Shown piece by piece: positions 35,929 through 47,916 of a stretch of 57,334 nt of DNA; within the stretch, counting starts at the first letter, position 1, and the number at the start of each line of letters is the position of its first letter. Both the position numbers and the translations under genes were made by a program. The stretch comes from Perkinsus chesapeaki ATCC PRA-425 (lineage: Eukaryota; Protista; Perkinsozoa). A model generated the notes under the pieces. The model worked only from the letters and a program-made list of their open reading frames with translations. It was not told the origin of the DNA and did no database searches. The stretch covers positions 1-57,334 of the forward strand of contig JAAPAO010000178.1 of the NCBI GenBank assembly GCA_013115145.1, in the 5' to 3' direction.

Positions 35929-38900
35929 ATGTCGCGGGAGAATCCATTTCATGACAAGTACGACGAGTTCGCGCTAGAACGAGGAACGAATAAGTTCCTC
36001 GGCGACAGCGTGTTCTGGCAGCACTACGAGAAGATACCTGTAAGCCCACTCTGCAGTGGATACCTCGCAATTCATCAGTCACCACCCCCGATGGTCAGGT
36101 TCGGTTCGTGTACAAGGCCGGGTCCATTGAGTATCGGAACCTAAAGCTGATGCTCTTGGAGATGATATTCTATATCTCAATTGTTGTTTGCCTCACAAGC
36201 TTCCTGTAAGCCTATTCGAGGCCAGACGGAACCTCGTTTGAATTTTGTGCATGACTAACTACATACGTAGACGGAAAAATCGAGGGAATCTCGTGGACCT
36301 TCAATCGGATGCAGCTCGCAAGCTCCCAGACGTGCAGGTCAAATGAGCAACAGCGCTGGAATATCAATCTTGAAGTTAAAGTTGCCCAGCCGAGCCCTTG
36401 GTTCCCTCGCTAAATCGTCACAGAATACGCCCTATTGCGATTCAACTACCGGAATCTTGTTGAAGTTACGTCAAAATTTCTCAACAAGTGTAGGAGAGCG
36501 AGTACGTGTACCGACCGCCTAACAGCTAGCCCAAAAGCTCCAAAAGTTGGCTTATATAAGGTACAATCACATCGATGCTTCCCTGGAATACCAAGCACGT
36601 CAACAGCAGGAGCACTATTGGGGCCAATGCTCATCAGATGGTGGGTGCCGTATTGAGCAAGTCGATGACGTTACAACATTCTGGCAATGGTAACCCCAAG
36701 TCCATTTCGTGAGTTACCCATATCTTTCATCAAGGTATCGAGAGTCCCTAGTACCCTTGGCCTTCAATGCTGTCGGTGACCAGAGCCTTTTGGAACAGGT
36801 GCCACTCCATGACTGCTGCTGCTCCATCGCGACCTTTTGTGAACTATGGGAAGTTGCTCAGGCCGTTGCTAGGAGCAAGTCCACCGACGACACAGAATCC
36901 ACGACTATTGGTCAGTACCCATCTTTAACTCCGGCCGTAACACCTCCGGATGGCTGGCTCAACGGCATGGCTGCCTTGGTTATCGATACGCCAACAGAGA
37001 CCGTTACAAACAACACAGGCCTCGATTTGGATATTTTAGGTGGGTCAGGTTTCTACCACCGGTTTGGGAGTGTGCTCGCTGAGGATCAGTGGTATGAGAG
37101 AAAGTTTAACAGGAAATGTCTTCCTAGTGCAAGAAGAAATGTATTCGCTCTGGGAGTATCTGATGTTGGAGCGAGTGACTCCGACTTCTTTCTCAGGGAT
37201 AACAACGACCACGGCTGCGCCAACAACTGCCACAACTACTGTTGCTCCGGGTGAGCGTGACTCCCCTTCTTGATTGCCACCGGCCTGCCACCTCAGAGCT
37301 TGTCGTCGAACCTTCCCTCATCAGGGTTTGGCCCGAGCACGCTGTGACACTGTTTAGTCTCAATGAAGGTGCGTGGCAAGTCTGCGAGCTCGTAGAGGTT
37401 GTCGATCATCATCAGAGACGATACCATGGGGACCAAGATACGTCGGCGATACCGAGACTAACATCCTACTTGGACCTGTCAGAATTCGGCAGGTCGCCGT
37501 CACCCCGCAGCGCGCGTGCTCAGTTCAGGATGAACTTGTTTCTGTTCATTCGGTAATTTCGTGGCGAGTGACACTCTCCGTAACCTCAATATCAGGTGTG
37601 TTTCGGACCATGGTCGTCAAAGGATGAGTATAAGTTTAAAATAGCAAAAACAGGAACTCCCGAGCGAGTTCAAGATGCCTACATGTAGCAGCCCCACCAC
37701 TGTGTGCCAATTACGGCTTGTAGATGGCGACCGAGCAATGAAACCCAGCAAGAGGCGGTGATGGTTGGCAACTACTCTCAATACACCGGCGCGGGATACT
37801 TCTTCGATTTGCCCACTGACATCGTCCAGGCATTTCGGGTACGCTCCGTCAACTCTAAACGTTTGTCACGCCATACTTTTGTATGGTATTCAATGTCCAC
37901 ATACACTTCTGCCTTACGTGTGTTCCATCAAGCGGATTATTCAGGACGCGTGGGTTGCCACGAGATTTTAGAACCGCTCCCTCGCAATACTAAAGGCTTC
38001 ATCAAAATGTGTTGTGGTTAATTTACTGGAAGCTGCCATTAGGTTGCCGATGATCTGGAGGAGTGGCAATGGTTGGACATGGCAACTCGAGCCATCATCA
38101 TAGAGCTCTCGACACTCAATCCAAACATCAACATTGTCGTCAACACTCGGCTGCTCTTTGAGTACCCCTCTTTATGGCGCGGGCATGCACAGTGTCACCA
38201 GGTTCGGCCCAGATGGCTCTATTGGGGTGAAGCAGGAGCACACACCCCTACCAGTCGACCAGGTGTCCTTGCCCGTAAGGATCTATTAGCGATATAGTCA
38301 TCAACCTGGGAAGTGTCTCAGGTCATGCTGGAAGGCGGCACCTATCTCACATTGTTCTTGTACGAAGTCGTGGTCACCGCGCAGTTCGTCACGTTCATGC
38401 TCTTCGCGGCAGGGAACCTCTACAAAACAAGGCCCATCAGATACTTCACGTAACGGTCGCCCACTCGGGCCACCGATCCCCGCAGCAGATACATCTGGAA
38501 CGTGGTTGACGTCATTATCGTTGTGCTATTCTTCACCTATCTCTCCCAACGTTTAAGGTTTCTGTCTCTCCTAGAGGAGGAGCCTAGTTTGCGACCCGAG
38601 CTCCTGCCGATGCCTAAGGAAGTCTTCATGCCGTCGGTTAACGTAGAGATCACAGTGGCCCCACTTCCCACTCAGATACTCTATCTTCCGTGATCCCCTC
38701 ATGAGCAGCCGCAACACACTGTCCCTCCTGACGCTCATCGTTTGGCTGAAGCTCTTGAAGTACATGGTGGTCTTCGGGCCTTTCAGACCACTCGTGAGGG
38801 TCATCGAACGTTGCATGTACCAACGCCAGCCACCGGTCGTCTTCAACGTCGCACCATCAGATACGAGCTGCTCGCTTTCGCCCTACTGTGTATTGTCCTC

Positions 38901-40454
38901 CTGGCTGGTCTGGCGGTGTCTTTCCATATAGTCTTGGGACCGATAGTAGGTGCTCTTCGAGAGCCGAGAATATAATAGGTATCACTCAGATGGACGACTT
39001 CACTTGGGTTCACGGTAGCTTCTACACACTCATGTTCATGCTGGTCCGAGGGCCTACCGACAGCCGTATGACCCAGATACTCCACGAGGAGCCTCAACTA
39101 GGAAAGCTCCTATTCATACTGTCAGCCACCTCAGCGGCGCTATCGTATTTTCCTGCAATTGCAGATACATAGTGTTGATAGCGTTTCTGCTGATGGCGTT
39201 CTTCTTCGGCATTGTCTTGGACGTTTACAGCGAGCTGGCTATTTTATCCAAGAATCAGGACCCGAGCGTGTTGAGAGAAAACCCACAAAAGCGCAACCCG
39301 ATGATGGCATTCTTGTAAGTGACCAAGTTGCTGCAGCTTCCTTCGTTCTTGTTTACTGTACACACCGACCGGTTCAGATTCGCTTACCATTACAAGCTCC
39401 GTGGCGTCTCTCTAGTTCGGGACTTGGCCGATGACGAGGAAGTCGGCGGACCCGACGATCAGTGGATTGAATTACGAGCGCTCCCGGCATGCGTCGCAGC
39501 TGCCTGGGAGAGAAAGAGGTCAGGTTGCACAAATTGTGCCACGGTGAGCCGGGTGCTTCAGACGGGACCTCCAGTTCGAGCTCGAGGACAGTATCGCGGA
39601 ACGGGAGCAAGCCTCTGCCCTGAAGCACATCGAGCTAAATACTGAGGTCAGGCGATCGAGAGGATCAATATTGTGTAGGGCGCGTAGCGTGGCTGACTTC
39701 GAAGAGATTGGTTTGCAGCGCACCTGTCGGACAAGGTCAGCCAGCGATCGAAGCCTGGAGCTGATCGTACGCGCTTTGAAGAGGAGAGGGACGAAACGCA
39801 GAAGCTTGTTGAGCGGGCCGACAAATGCGATGTACGCCGTTCACTGAGGAGCATTACAATGCGTGAGCTCAGAGGATAACCCGAGTCCAGCTACAAAGGC
39901 TCTTGAATGAAACCCCCGAGCTTTGCCAGCTTATCGGCTCTGGGCGGGCTGTCGAGATCATCCGGAAATATAAGAGTGCGTACCAGGATGAGCGAGAGGA
40001 AGAAAGACAGCAACGCATTGCGCGGCTACAAGTAAAGAGTTGCTGAGTACTTTTAGAAGCCTGTAGGAGTTCGTTTAGGAAGTTATATTCTCCAAAATGG
40101 AGAAGGTAGGAAACAGAGCAACGAGACTGAAGTTTGATACAGCAGCTTCAATGGAGTTGGTCAGCACCGAGCTCAACGAGGCCATGACGGAGGTGACCTC
40201 CTTGACCTCCTCTTGTCTGCAGGACATTCTCTAGATGCAAAGTGTTTGGCGTGCGGACATGGCGGACGTGTTGGAGGGGATCGGCACTTTCAGTGAGACG
40301 ATGAAGAACTTAACAAGAAGCATTGAGGAGGTGTGGCTGACCACTTAACATGAATCGTTTTCTGCTGCTGTCGGCGTAGGTGCAATTGGCTCACACTCGC
40401 CTCGCCACAGACCTTCAGCTCGGGCAGCTTCATCTCGGTGGACACGTCCCATGA
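35929..40454 (+). CDS. Polycystin/PKD2-like (TRPP) cation channel, multi-exon
   Basis: S1 (LLEMIFYISIVVCLTSF), long luminal loop with ELSTLNPNINIV..RLLFEYP, WNVVDVIIV, WLKLLKY, pore-like GSFYTLMFML, MAFFFGIVLDVY and coiled-coil C-terminal exons ending at TGA 40452-54. Exon joins are approximate. Confidence 0.8.
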
Positions 40455-40607
40455 TTGATTGTCTTTCTCTCTCGAGAATGTTGAGTTCGTCTGAGTAACC
40501 TCGCACTTGAGCGCAACTAAAGCAATCGAGCAGTAACAGAAAATGTGCATTATAGCATAGCAATTAGTTCCTAACATCTAGACACGACTAAGGTAGCGTA
40601 CTCTCAT

Positions 40608-41570
40608 CTATTGAGAGGTCAGCTCAATCTCGCATAGGACGGGCAAATGGTCGCTGCCATGGGTTACATTGGGAATGCCTCGCTCGGAGATGCTGAGGTC
40701 TCGAGAGGAAGGCCCTGTAACAGCGCCGTTGCCCGTCTCGTCGTGGCCGGGGTCGACAGTAGTTGCGCCAGTCACCTTAAGCGATGCCCGAGGGGACTGG
40801 CAACCAAGGAAGATGTAGTCGATCTCATCCTCTCGTCCAGGCAACAGTCGATAGTCACCAGAGCGGGTGCTAAGAACATAGGAAGGAGGAACTAGACTGG
40901 TGAATGTCGGGGGCTTTAATCCTCCAGCTGTGAAACAGTCCTCCATACCACACTCAGTGATACGCTTGAAAGTATCGCTGTCCCGATGGTTGTTGAGATC
41001 ACCGCAAAGGATAACAGGCTCGCCTTGTTCAAGAAGACTGTGCAGCTTTGCCGTCAGTTGGTCAACCTCTTTGCTTTGGGTGGGGCAGGAGCCTTTCCAA
41101 TATAGATGAGTTCCCACCACTGTGAAACGCTGGCCCTGCGAGCTCTGCAGTCGGCAGATAGCGGCAACCCGCTCACTCCCGCACGTATACTCGAGAGTCT
41201 CAGCACTGACAAGTTCAAGAATTGACTTCCGCCAAAATACGGCAGAGCCGTCGTCGCGTCCTCCTGGCCGAGGTGCGAAATAACTGTCATAAGTAGGCCC
41301 CAAAGTCTCTCGGAAATCTTCATAGGAATCCATCTCACAAAGGCAGAGAATGTCCGCATTAGACTCTAGACAAGTCTTAGCCAGGATAGGCATACGGACA
41401 TTCCAATCAAGAAGGGATGGGAGCTGTGGGGCTCCCGTGGCGGCAGGGCAGAAGTTCTTCGCCACCTTGCCACCGAGGTACGGCCAGGCGTAGCTAAAGT
41501 ACTTGGAGAACCCAAAGTAGCGGCCCAGTATGTTATATTGCAGGACCTTCAATTGCTGCACTTGGGCCAT
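40608..41570 (-). CDS. EEP-superfamily phosphodiesterase of the CCR4/nocturnin/PDE12/Angel group, intronless
   Basis: LQYNIL, ADILCLCEMD, GTHL, ILCGDLN, IDYIF, GSDHLPV. Confidence 0.9.
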   Translation of the reverse strand: MAQVQQLKVLQYNILGRYFGFSKYFSYAWPYLGGKVAKNFCPAATGAPQLPSLLDWNVRMPILAKTCLESNADILCLCEMDSYEDFRETLGPTYDSYFAPRPGGRDDGSAVFWRKSILELVSAETLEYTCGSERVAAICRLQSSQGQRFTVVGTHLYWKGSCPTQSKEVDQLTAKLHSLLEQGEPVILCGDLNNHRDSDTFKRITECGMEDCFTAGGLKPPTFTSLVPPSYVLSTRSGDYRLLPGREDEIDYIFLGCQSPRASLKVTGATTVDPGHDETGNGAVTGPSSRDLSISERGIPNVTHGSDHLPVLCEIELTSQ

Positions 41571-41741
41571 TGGAGATAAAAAACAAAGCTGATCTAGGCG
41601 CGCATGGAATGGCTCAGGTAGGCGGAATTAGACGACGCAACAATGTGGACCTTTCCAGCAGTGGAAACCAGAGATGCTTACATTGACAATGAAATTGTAC
41701 AGATTGCATGAGTGGCTGCTCTATAAAATGGTGATTAAGTT

Positions 41742-42794
41742 CTATTTAGGGTAGGCTAGGCGCAGCCGCAGTGAGACAGCACCTAGCACAACAAATTCAT
41801 CTAGGTAGAGATTGAGTTTCCGAGGTCGGCGTGGGGTGAGCAATTCCGCAGAACGGTGGCCTAGCCGAGGAGATACAACTCTGGTCCCATTGACCGACCC
41901 CAGGTCAACAATTGTGACAGCGGATCCAGACAGCCGCAGAAGGGCATGTGTCCTCGAAATTGAGGGGTGGGCAAGCATATGGAAGTTGGCCTGTCTTTTC
42001 ATGTTTGTTCGGCCGAAAAGAGCCTCGCCTTGCGGAACAGTGATGGTCTTCTCAAGCTGGGGGTTCACCATGCCGCCCGAGAGGGGCGATACGTTAACAA
42101 TGAGTACTGGCTTGTCGCCTGAAGATGCAGTGCTAGCCGAATCTAGCGGGCCAGAGCCGCTCAGACCGGCAGGCTGGGACATCCATCCGACGGCCTCGGC
42201 CACAGCACCGAGTGCTCCGCCAAGAGAATCGGCCGCGGCTGAAAGGCGACGGGAGAGAACGTAGAACTCCTTAGGAATTGGGCCGACGCCCAGGCCACCC
42301 GCAAAGGCCTCTGCGAACTGGCAGCAATTACGGCGAAGTAAGTCGTATCTCCCGACAGTCCAGAAGGCCCCGAGACGCCTAACCAGCTCATACACCTGTC
42401 GCTCGGAGAGGGCAGTCGATCCCAAGTAGGCAGACTCTCGATAGACATGCACATCATGATGAGTTGGCTCGTGCCAATAAACCCCGCTAGGGTCCGTCTC
42501 AACATCCTCGGCGGTCTCTGGAGGACCGACCCCTGAGTAATAGTATTCCTTGCCGTAGATGGACACCCCCACATGAAAGGCTCCACCGAGACCTATCTTG
42601 GCCATTATGCTATTGAGCCGCACAACGCCTTCGTCCAGGTCGTAAACGTTTAAAAACACCGCATTGCTTTCAGGGTTTTGTGAGACCGATGGCGGCAGCA
42701 AATCCTTGATGTTACCCTGATGACCAGATATAGACGTTGAAGACGACACGGAGGACTGCGGCAGAGATCGCAGAGACCGACAACGCCCGCTCAT
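41742..42794 (-). CDS. PPPDE (DeSI/C97) peptidase fused to a C-terminal FHA domain, intronless
   Basis: VFLNVYDL..GAFHVGVSIYGKEY..YDLLRRNCCQF (His/Cys dyad), then LFGR..ISRTHA..IVDLGSVNGT (FHA signature). Confidence 0.88.
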   Translation of the reverse strand: MSGRCRSLRSLPQSSVSSSTSISGHQGNIKDLLPPSVSQNPESNAVFLNVYDLDEGVVRLNSIMAKIGLGGAFHVGVSIYGKEYYYSGVGPPETAEDVETDPSGVYWHEPTHHDVHVYRESAYLGSTALSERQVYELVRRLGAFWTVGRYDLLRRNCCQFAEAFAGGLGVGPIPKEFYVLSRRLSAAADSLGGALGAVAEAVGWMSQPAGLSGSGPLDSASTASSGDKPVLIVNVSPLSGGMVNPQLEKTITVPQGEALFGRTNMKRQANFHMLAHPSISRTHALLRLSGSAVTIVDLGSVNGTRVVSPRLGHRSAELLTPRRPRKLNLYLDEFVVLGAVSLRLRLAYPK

Positions 42795-42859
42795 GGCCGA
42801 GGGAAATTGGATAGGCCTATTAAGAGGAAAACATCAACCAATGGAAGATGAAGGATCTC

Positions 42860-45800
42860 AGATAGACAACGCATTGGACGATATCGATGCGGCAGGAGCC
42901 TTATACCTATGTGATGGAGACTGATGTAACGCAAGACTTGGTGAGTTGCCAGAGACGGTTGACGTAAGAGACGTAGGCTAACATGACTGACTTACCAAGT
43001 GGGACACAAGAGGACACCGAGGTGCCTGCTCGAACTGGGACTTGGCAATATCATGCAAAAAATGCAATGCACTAATGGTGACAATCCCTGTTGCACATTA
43101 AGCACGATTACATGTTCAAAACAGTTATATACCTATTATACTGATTATGATTATCAATGATTAATAACAACATTGCGTGACGACCAACGCTGCAGCTTGG
43201 CAAGAGACAACCTAGTCACCGTTAGCGACTTGAAGAGGCTACTGTGCATGTTCTTGCCTAGCTCATAACACTGATACGGGGCGCGAAAACGCGGCCGACA
43301 AAAAGGTATCATACAGCTTTAGAGAGCAAGATTGGCTCGACCTCGGCAACCTGCCGCGAGTGCATTGAAATGAGTGTGACAATTAGAGTAGTTGGCAGAT
43401 ACTGTTGGAGGGAAAAGACAGCGAGACCAAATCCTGTGAAAACAAGTTCACCGGGACTAGCATCAGACATTGCTTACCAGTTATGAACACCATAAGGCGA
43501 TTCCTTGTTCATGAGTGCATCAAACCTGACCCACGGGTAGGAGAATCAAGCAACGGCGGAGAAGATACCTCTCTTGGGTAAGAAGTCCGGATAAGGTGAG
43601 CTCGCTCCAGAAAATGATGAGGGTATCAGCAAGATTCTGGATGCCGCCTTCATTTTGGGCGCAAAACGATAGACGACCACAGTACTCATAGAGATTGCCT
43701 GATTGGTGTTGACCACTGCCAGAGACAAAGATGCTCACAATCAGATTCCACAAGAACTGATATCTTAGCCCGTGGCTGGTAGCCTGGAGTCAGGCAGTCT
43801 TCGCACTGGGCGGTTATGAACCACCGGAACCTCACCAAAAGGTTGTTCGCTGAAGGACAAGTAACGGAGAGTTCTAGCAACAGACATTGACCCTCACCAG
43901 GTGACAGGTTCATGGTACTGTTATCATACATATAGGACCTATATATAAGATAGAGGGCGCTGTCAGCGAGCTCCATAACATACCTGAGGGGAAACATCGA
44001 ACAAGTCCAGGGACAAGGGGTTACTTAGTCGACTCAGGGCTTGGGTACCCAGCCACGACGTGCTGTATGATGAAAGCGTCTTCGGGAATATGATTGAGAT
44101 AAGTGCGTTTATAAGCTCTGAGCTATAGGTTAGTGAATGACAGTTGCAGGCTATTTGCCTTAGTTTAACTAGGCCATTGAAAACCATTTGGGGATGGCTG
44201 GCCTCGACGTCAAGAGATATCCCAATGGGAGCAACTGCCATAAGCTCGTCTGTAGCGAGGGAGAGCAGCCAGGCAAACAAGGTATCAATGAACTCGAGCT
44301 GAACATTACAAGATTCAAACAGACAGCAGCAAACGGCATCACCAGAGCTCGCTCGTTATGCACGCTGGTGTCGCCGTAAGTGAGATATACAACTCCGCGG
44401 CCACTACGGTTGGTACCTGCTCCACAGTGACCACGAGCTTCAGCACTGCTCACTTGGCCTGGTCGCCGCCCTAAGGTTCTGAATGAAAGGTAAAAGTCGG
44501 TGACTGTTTTTAATCTCTGAAGGATTCGACCAGTCAGCTACGTTGAACCAGAAATCTCCACCGCAGCTGAAACTGCGAACTGCGGGGTGCCCGGCAAAGT
44601 CCTGACGAGGTATGGAGGCAAATGTCTCGACCCCAACGAACCGACAATGAACTCAGTGTTGGTGTGGTCCATCCACAGCTTTTGAGGCCATGTGTAGAAG
44701 CCAAGCTTTGCTTGAGAACAGTCAACTTCCGCTGGGGGGTGAGGCTGACAACGAGCGACACGTCGAGGGCACCACAACGGCTCTGAAGCTACCTCTTCAA
44801 GGCACTCAGAAGCGAGTCCAAGGAGGGCTTGAGCGGTAATGACGGCAAAGACCAGCGGCACGTTCATAAAAGGGGAGGGGGACAACAATAATGTACTGAC
44901 GGTAGAGCATGACGACGATGACATTTTCACGACACGAGGAGGGGGCTCGTCGAGGTGCACATCGTGGGCCGACTACAGCGCCTGGCAGTTGGTCGTGACC
45001 TTATTATTGAATTAGATTTTGGAGAATAGGCTAGAATGAGCAGTGTTAGTGGTAGACATGCTATATCGAGCGGGACAAGAGAAGCATCTTCCAGCCGTTT
45101 CAGATACCTTCTTCGGACCAAAGCCCGCATCGTAGACCGTAGCTTCTGTGGTGGCATGCGGTGGTAATCCCAGGGAACCAGAGTGTCGCATGCAGAGCGT
45201 TGATACCTCTAAAGCCCTGGCAGACCCCGAGGCTCTCTTGAAGTGAGGTTTGCTATGGCGAGGCCCGAAAGCAATCGGTAGGAGGCCAGAAACTTGGTGG
45301 CGCGAACGCACGCGAGAGAATTGTCCCACTTCGAACACAGCAGAAAATAACTGAACGTACACGACTAAGCATGAGCGATTGGGGAAAATACAACAAGCTT
45401 GACATAATCAACTCCCTCCGATTCGTAGGGCTGCATCTCTAGACTAGAGCCTCGGTAGCCCACTGCCGTGGAAGGCAATTGGTAAACGATCAAGGGCGGC
45501 TCGAGGTCCTCAACCTGCACTATCAGACTTCCCATTGCGTTCACCTGGCAACGCAACGAGGAGGATAAGACCCAGGGGATATCGGTGGAAATAACAGCGA
45601 CCGGCGACCTTTCTCTTCCGCTCCTCTGTGGCCTGCTCGAACTTTCTGCCTGCCCGCAGCTACAGCCACTAGGTGGCGATACTTCACCACCATGTTTCAT
45701 CGCAGAAGGCCCCGCCGTATTCTCGGTATTAGTTGCACTCGAGACAGGATGTGAATTGTGACGTCTGCTCTCGGCAGCTCCATATAGCTCCTTAAAATGT

Positions 45801-45955
45801 TGTACTAGGTGGGCAAAGGGTCTTCGAGGCCGGCCGTAGAGCAAAGGGTCTCTGCCAGGGGTGGTCTCTGGTGGGAGGGAAGCGTAGCCTGATTCAGCCA
45901 GTATCCTCTTGGATGCTGGCAGATCCGCCAATGCTGTGGAGGGCGGTGGAAGCAT
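42860..45955 (-). CDS. Hypothetical multi-exon gene or genes
   Basis: Long first exon from ATG ~45955 (MLPPPSTALADLP..) and a series of open segments bounded by GT/AG. No family recognised; boundaries uncertain. Confidence 0.35.
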
Positions 45956-46104
45956 TGAAACAAAAACGGCGGAGCGATGCTTAGTGGGTAAACGAAAGAC
46001 AGAGGGTGGCGTTGAGTCACTGTTAGAAACTGTTATCAATAGTGGGAATGATGTAGTCGTCAAGCAATCAGTCAGCACTGTGAGCATCATCATTATCATC
46101 ACCA

Positions 46105-47691
46105 TCAGCGATTATTAAGAGCAAGCGGGAGACCAGAGGGATCCGCAGCCGCCGGGGTGAAGGGGACATCATCCTGGATCTCCACCAGCATCAGCATGAG
46201 CCGCTTCTTCTTGGCTTCAAGTCTGACTACTAGAGTGTAGGTCACAACAGCCAGGACCACCGAAGACATGCTCAAGAAAGCTGCCGAATCAAACGTCTTA
46301 TCCCAGAAGATTATCGAGCACAAGTAGACGACAATAACCTAATGAAGAGAATAATTATACCACATTTCCGCCAAATCGCGTACAGCCAGAGCCTCTCCGA
46401 TGTTCTTGAGGACAGAATCAAGACTTCGCAAGAGGTACATAGTGCACCAGCCCTTAATAGTGAAGCTGGCGGCAACAGCCCAAGTGGAAATAGTCCATCC
46501 ATGGAAGAAGCCATACTCCCGCATTTCACCCTGAACAAAACAGCATCGTCCTCGGCAGCATGGATGAGCTGACCCTACGTCTTGGTCCAATGAGTAGGCT
46601 AAAATAAAGCAAGTCGTGAACCAGGCAATCTTATATTGTGCCATTTGGATGTAAAAGGGGACGTCCGAGTACTTCTTCATGTACTTATCGGCCAGCACCG
46701 CACACACACATGATATCGTAACCTTACAGCAGCAGCAGCAGTGTGGACGAGCCACCGAGAAGTCCGGAGCCTCACCTTGGACATGACGTATCCAACACCC
46801 AAAAGCTTGTGAAGGAAGCTCTGCTGTTCTTGAGGCTGACTCCCGAAGGAAGGATATGCACTATTATGATCTTCTATGACAAATGCACTCATTGAGGACA
46901 CAATCAGAGCCAACACCTAAAGGGTAGGGAAGGACAGGATGCCCCCGGGGGCCACTGGGAACGGAGAGAGGCCGAGTTAACGTGGCTACACTAGGATCAG
47001 CATGCGGAATGGATAACTAAAGTCTTTTTGTAAAAATCTAAGCCCGATCCTCCACGTTGGTGCACTACGAACTATATGGCGGCAAATACTAACGTTTTCT
47101 CGGATGCCAAATTGGGATGAAAAACGCTGTAATAATTTTTAGTGGTTGATGATGATGATGCTTACCACCCACTCCAGAGCTGTCTGACCCTGTCCTTTAA
47201 TTGCCCATAAAACCACAGCCGTAACGATGAGCTTAGATTGTCCTAAGACTTGGTATACCGCACCGTCCATGGCCGACATCGATTGCATCTCTAGGATATC
47301 TCCTATGCCAAACAAGGCTCCGATCAGCGAGAACACCTATCACAAGACTGTTCAAGTGTTAACTTCACCATCCAGAAGGCTACCTTGAAGGACTCCGGTG
47401 CGAGGCACTTTCGCAGCCAGTCAGGCCCCTCGAGGCTGTAGGCCATGTAGAGACCAACAGCAAAAGTGATAACACATTCCACAATCACCGGTGTGGCCTT
47501 ATTATAAAGGAACCTACCGAGCATCCCGTCAAGCTAGCTCGTAAGCAGCGCACATACCGCCCATCAACCTTAGATTCCTCCATCGTCATGGTATGTGCTC
47601 CCCGAACGATCACAAATACAGCCATCAGGCCCCACTTGCCCAAGTGAAGAGGGCTCCGCACCGGCCTCGGCTTGTGATCCTGGGCCGCCAT
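46105..47691 (-). CDS. Nucleotide-sugar transporter (SLC35A-like), multi-exon
   Basis: GALFGIGDILE..AMDGAVYQVLGQSKLIVTAVV, CVCAVLADKYMK..PFYIQMAQ, GFFHGWT, LRSLDSVLKNI and hydrophobic segments. Confidence 0.85.
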
Positions 47692-47916
47692 AGCAGCCCC
47701 CCTTGTCGACGGCAAGTCCTGGAACGTTGCCTCACTGTAAGGGACCGTGACACTACTGCTGCCGTCCCCCCGTCCCGGTGCGCTCATGGTCTGCGTTGCT
47801 CCACCTTTACGGGGAGGAACCGAAGAGGGCATGAGGCGGAAAAAACTGGTAACTAATCGAGCTTCGCTCCGCCCTCGTGCACAACAAAAACACACATTTC
47901 CAGCACAAGAAACTGT

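Noticed and set aside
40290-40577. Minus-strand ORFs suggesting a separate gene
   Set aside because: Better explained as antisense to the final plus-strand exons of the PKD2-like channel.
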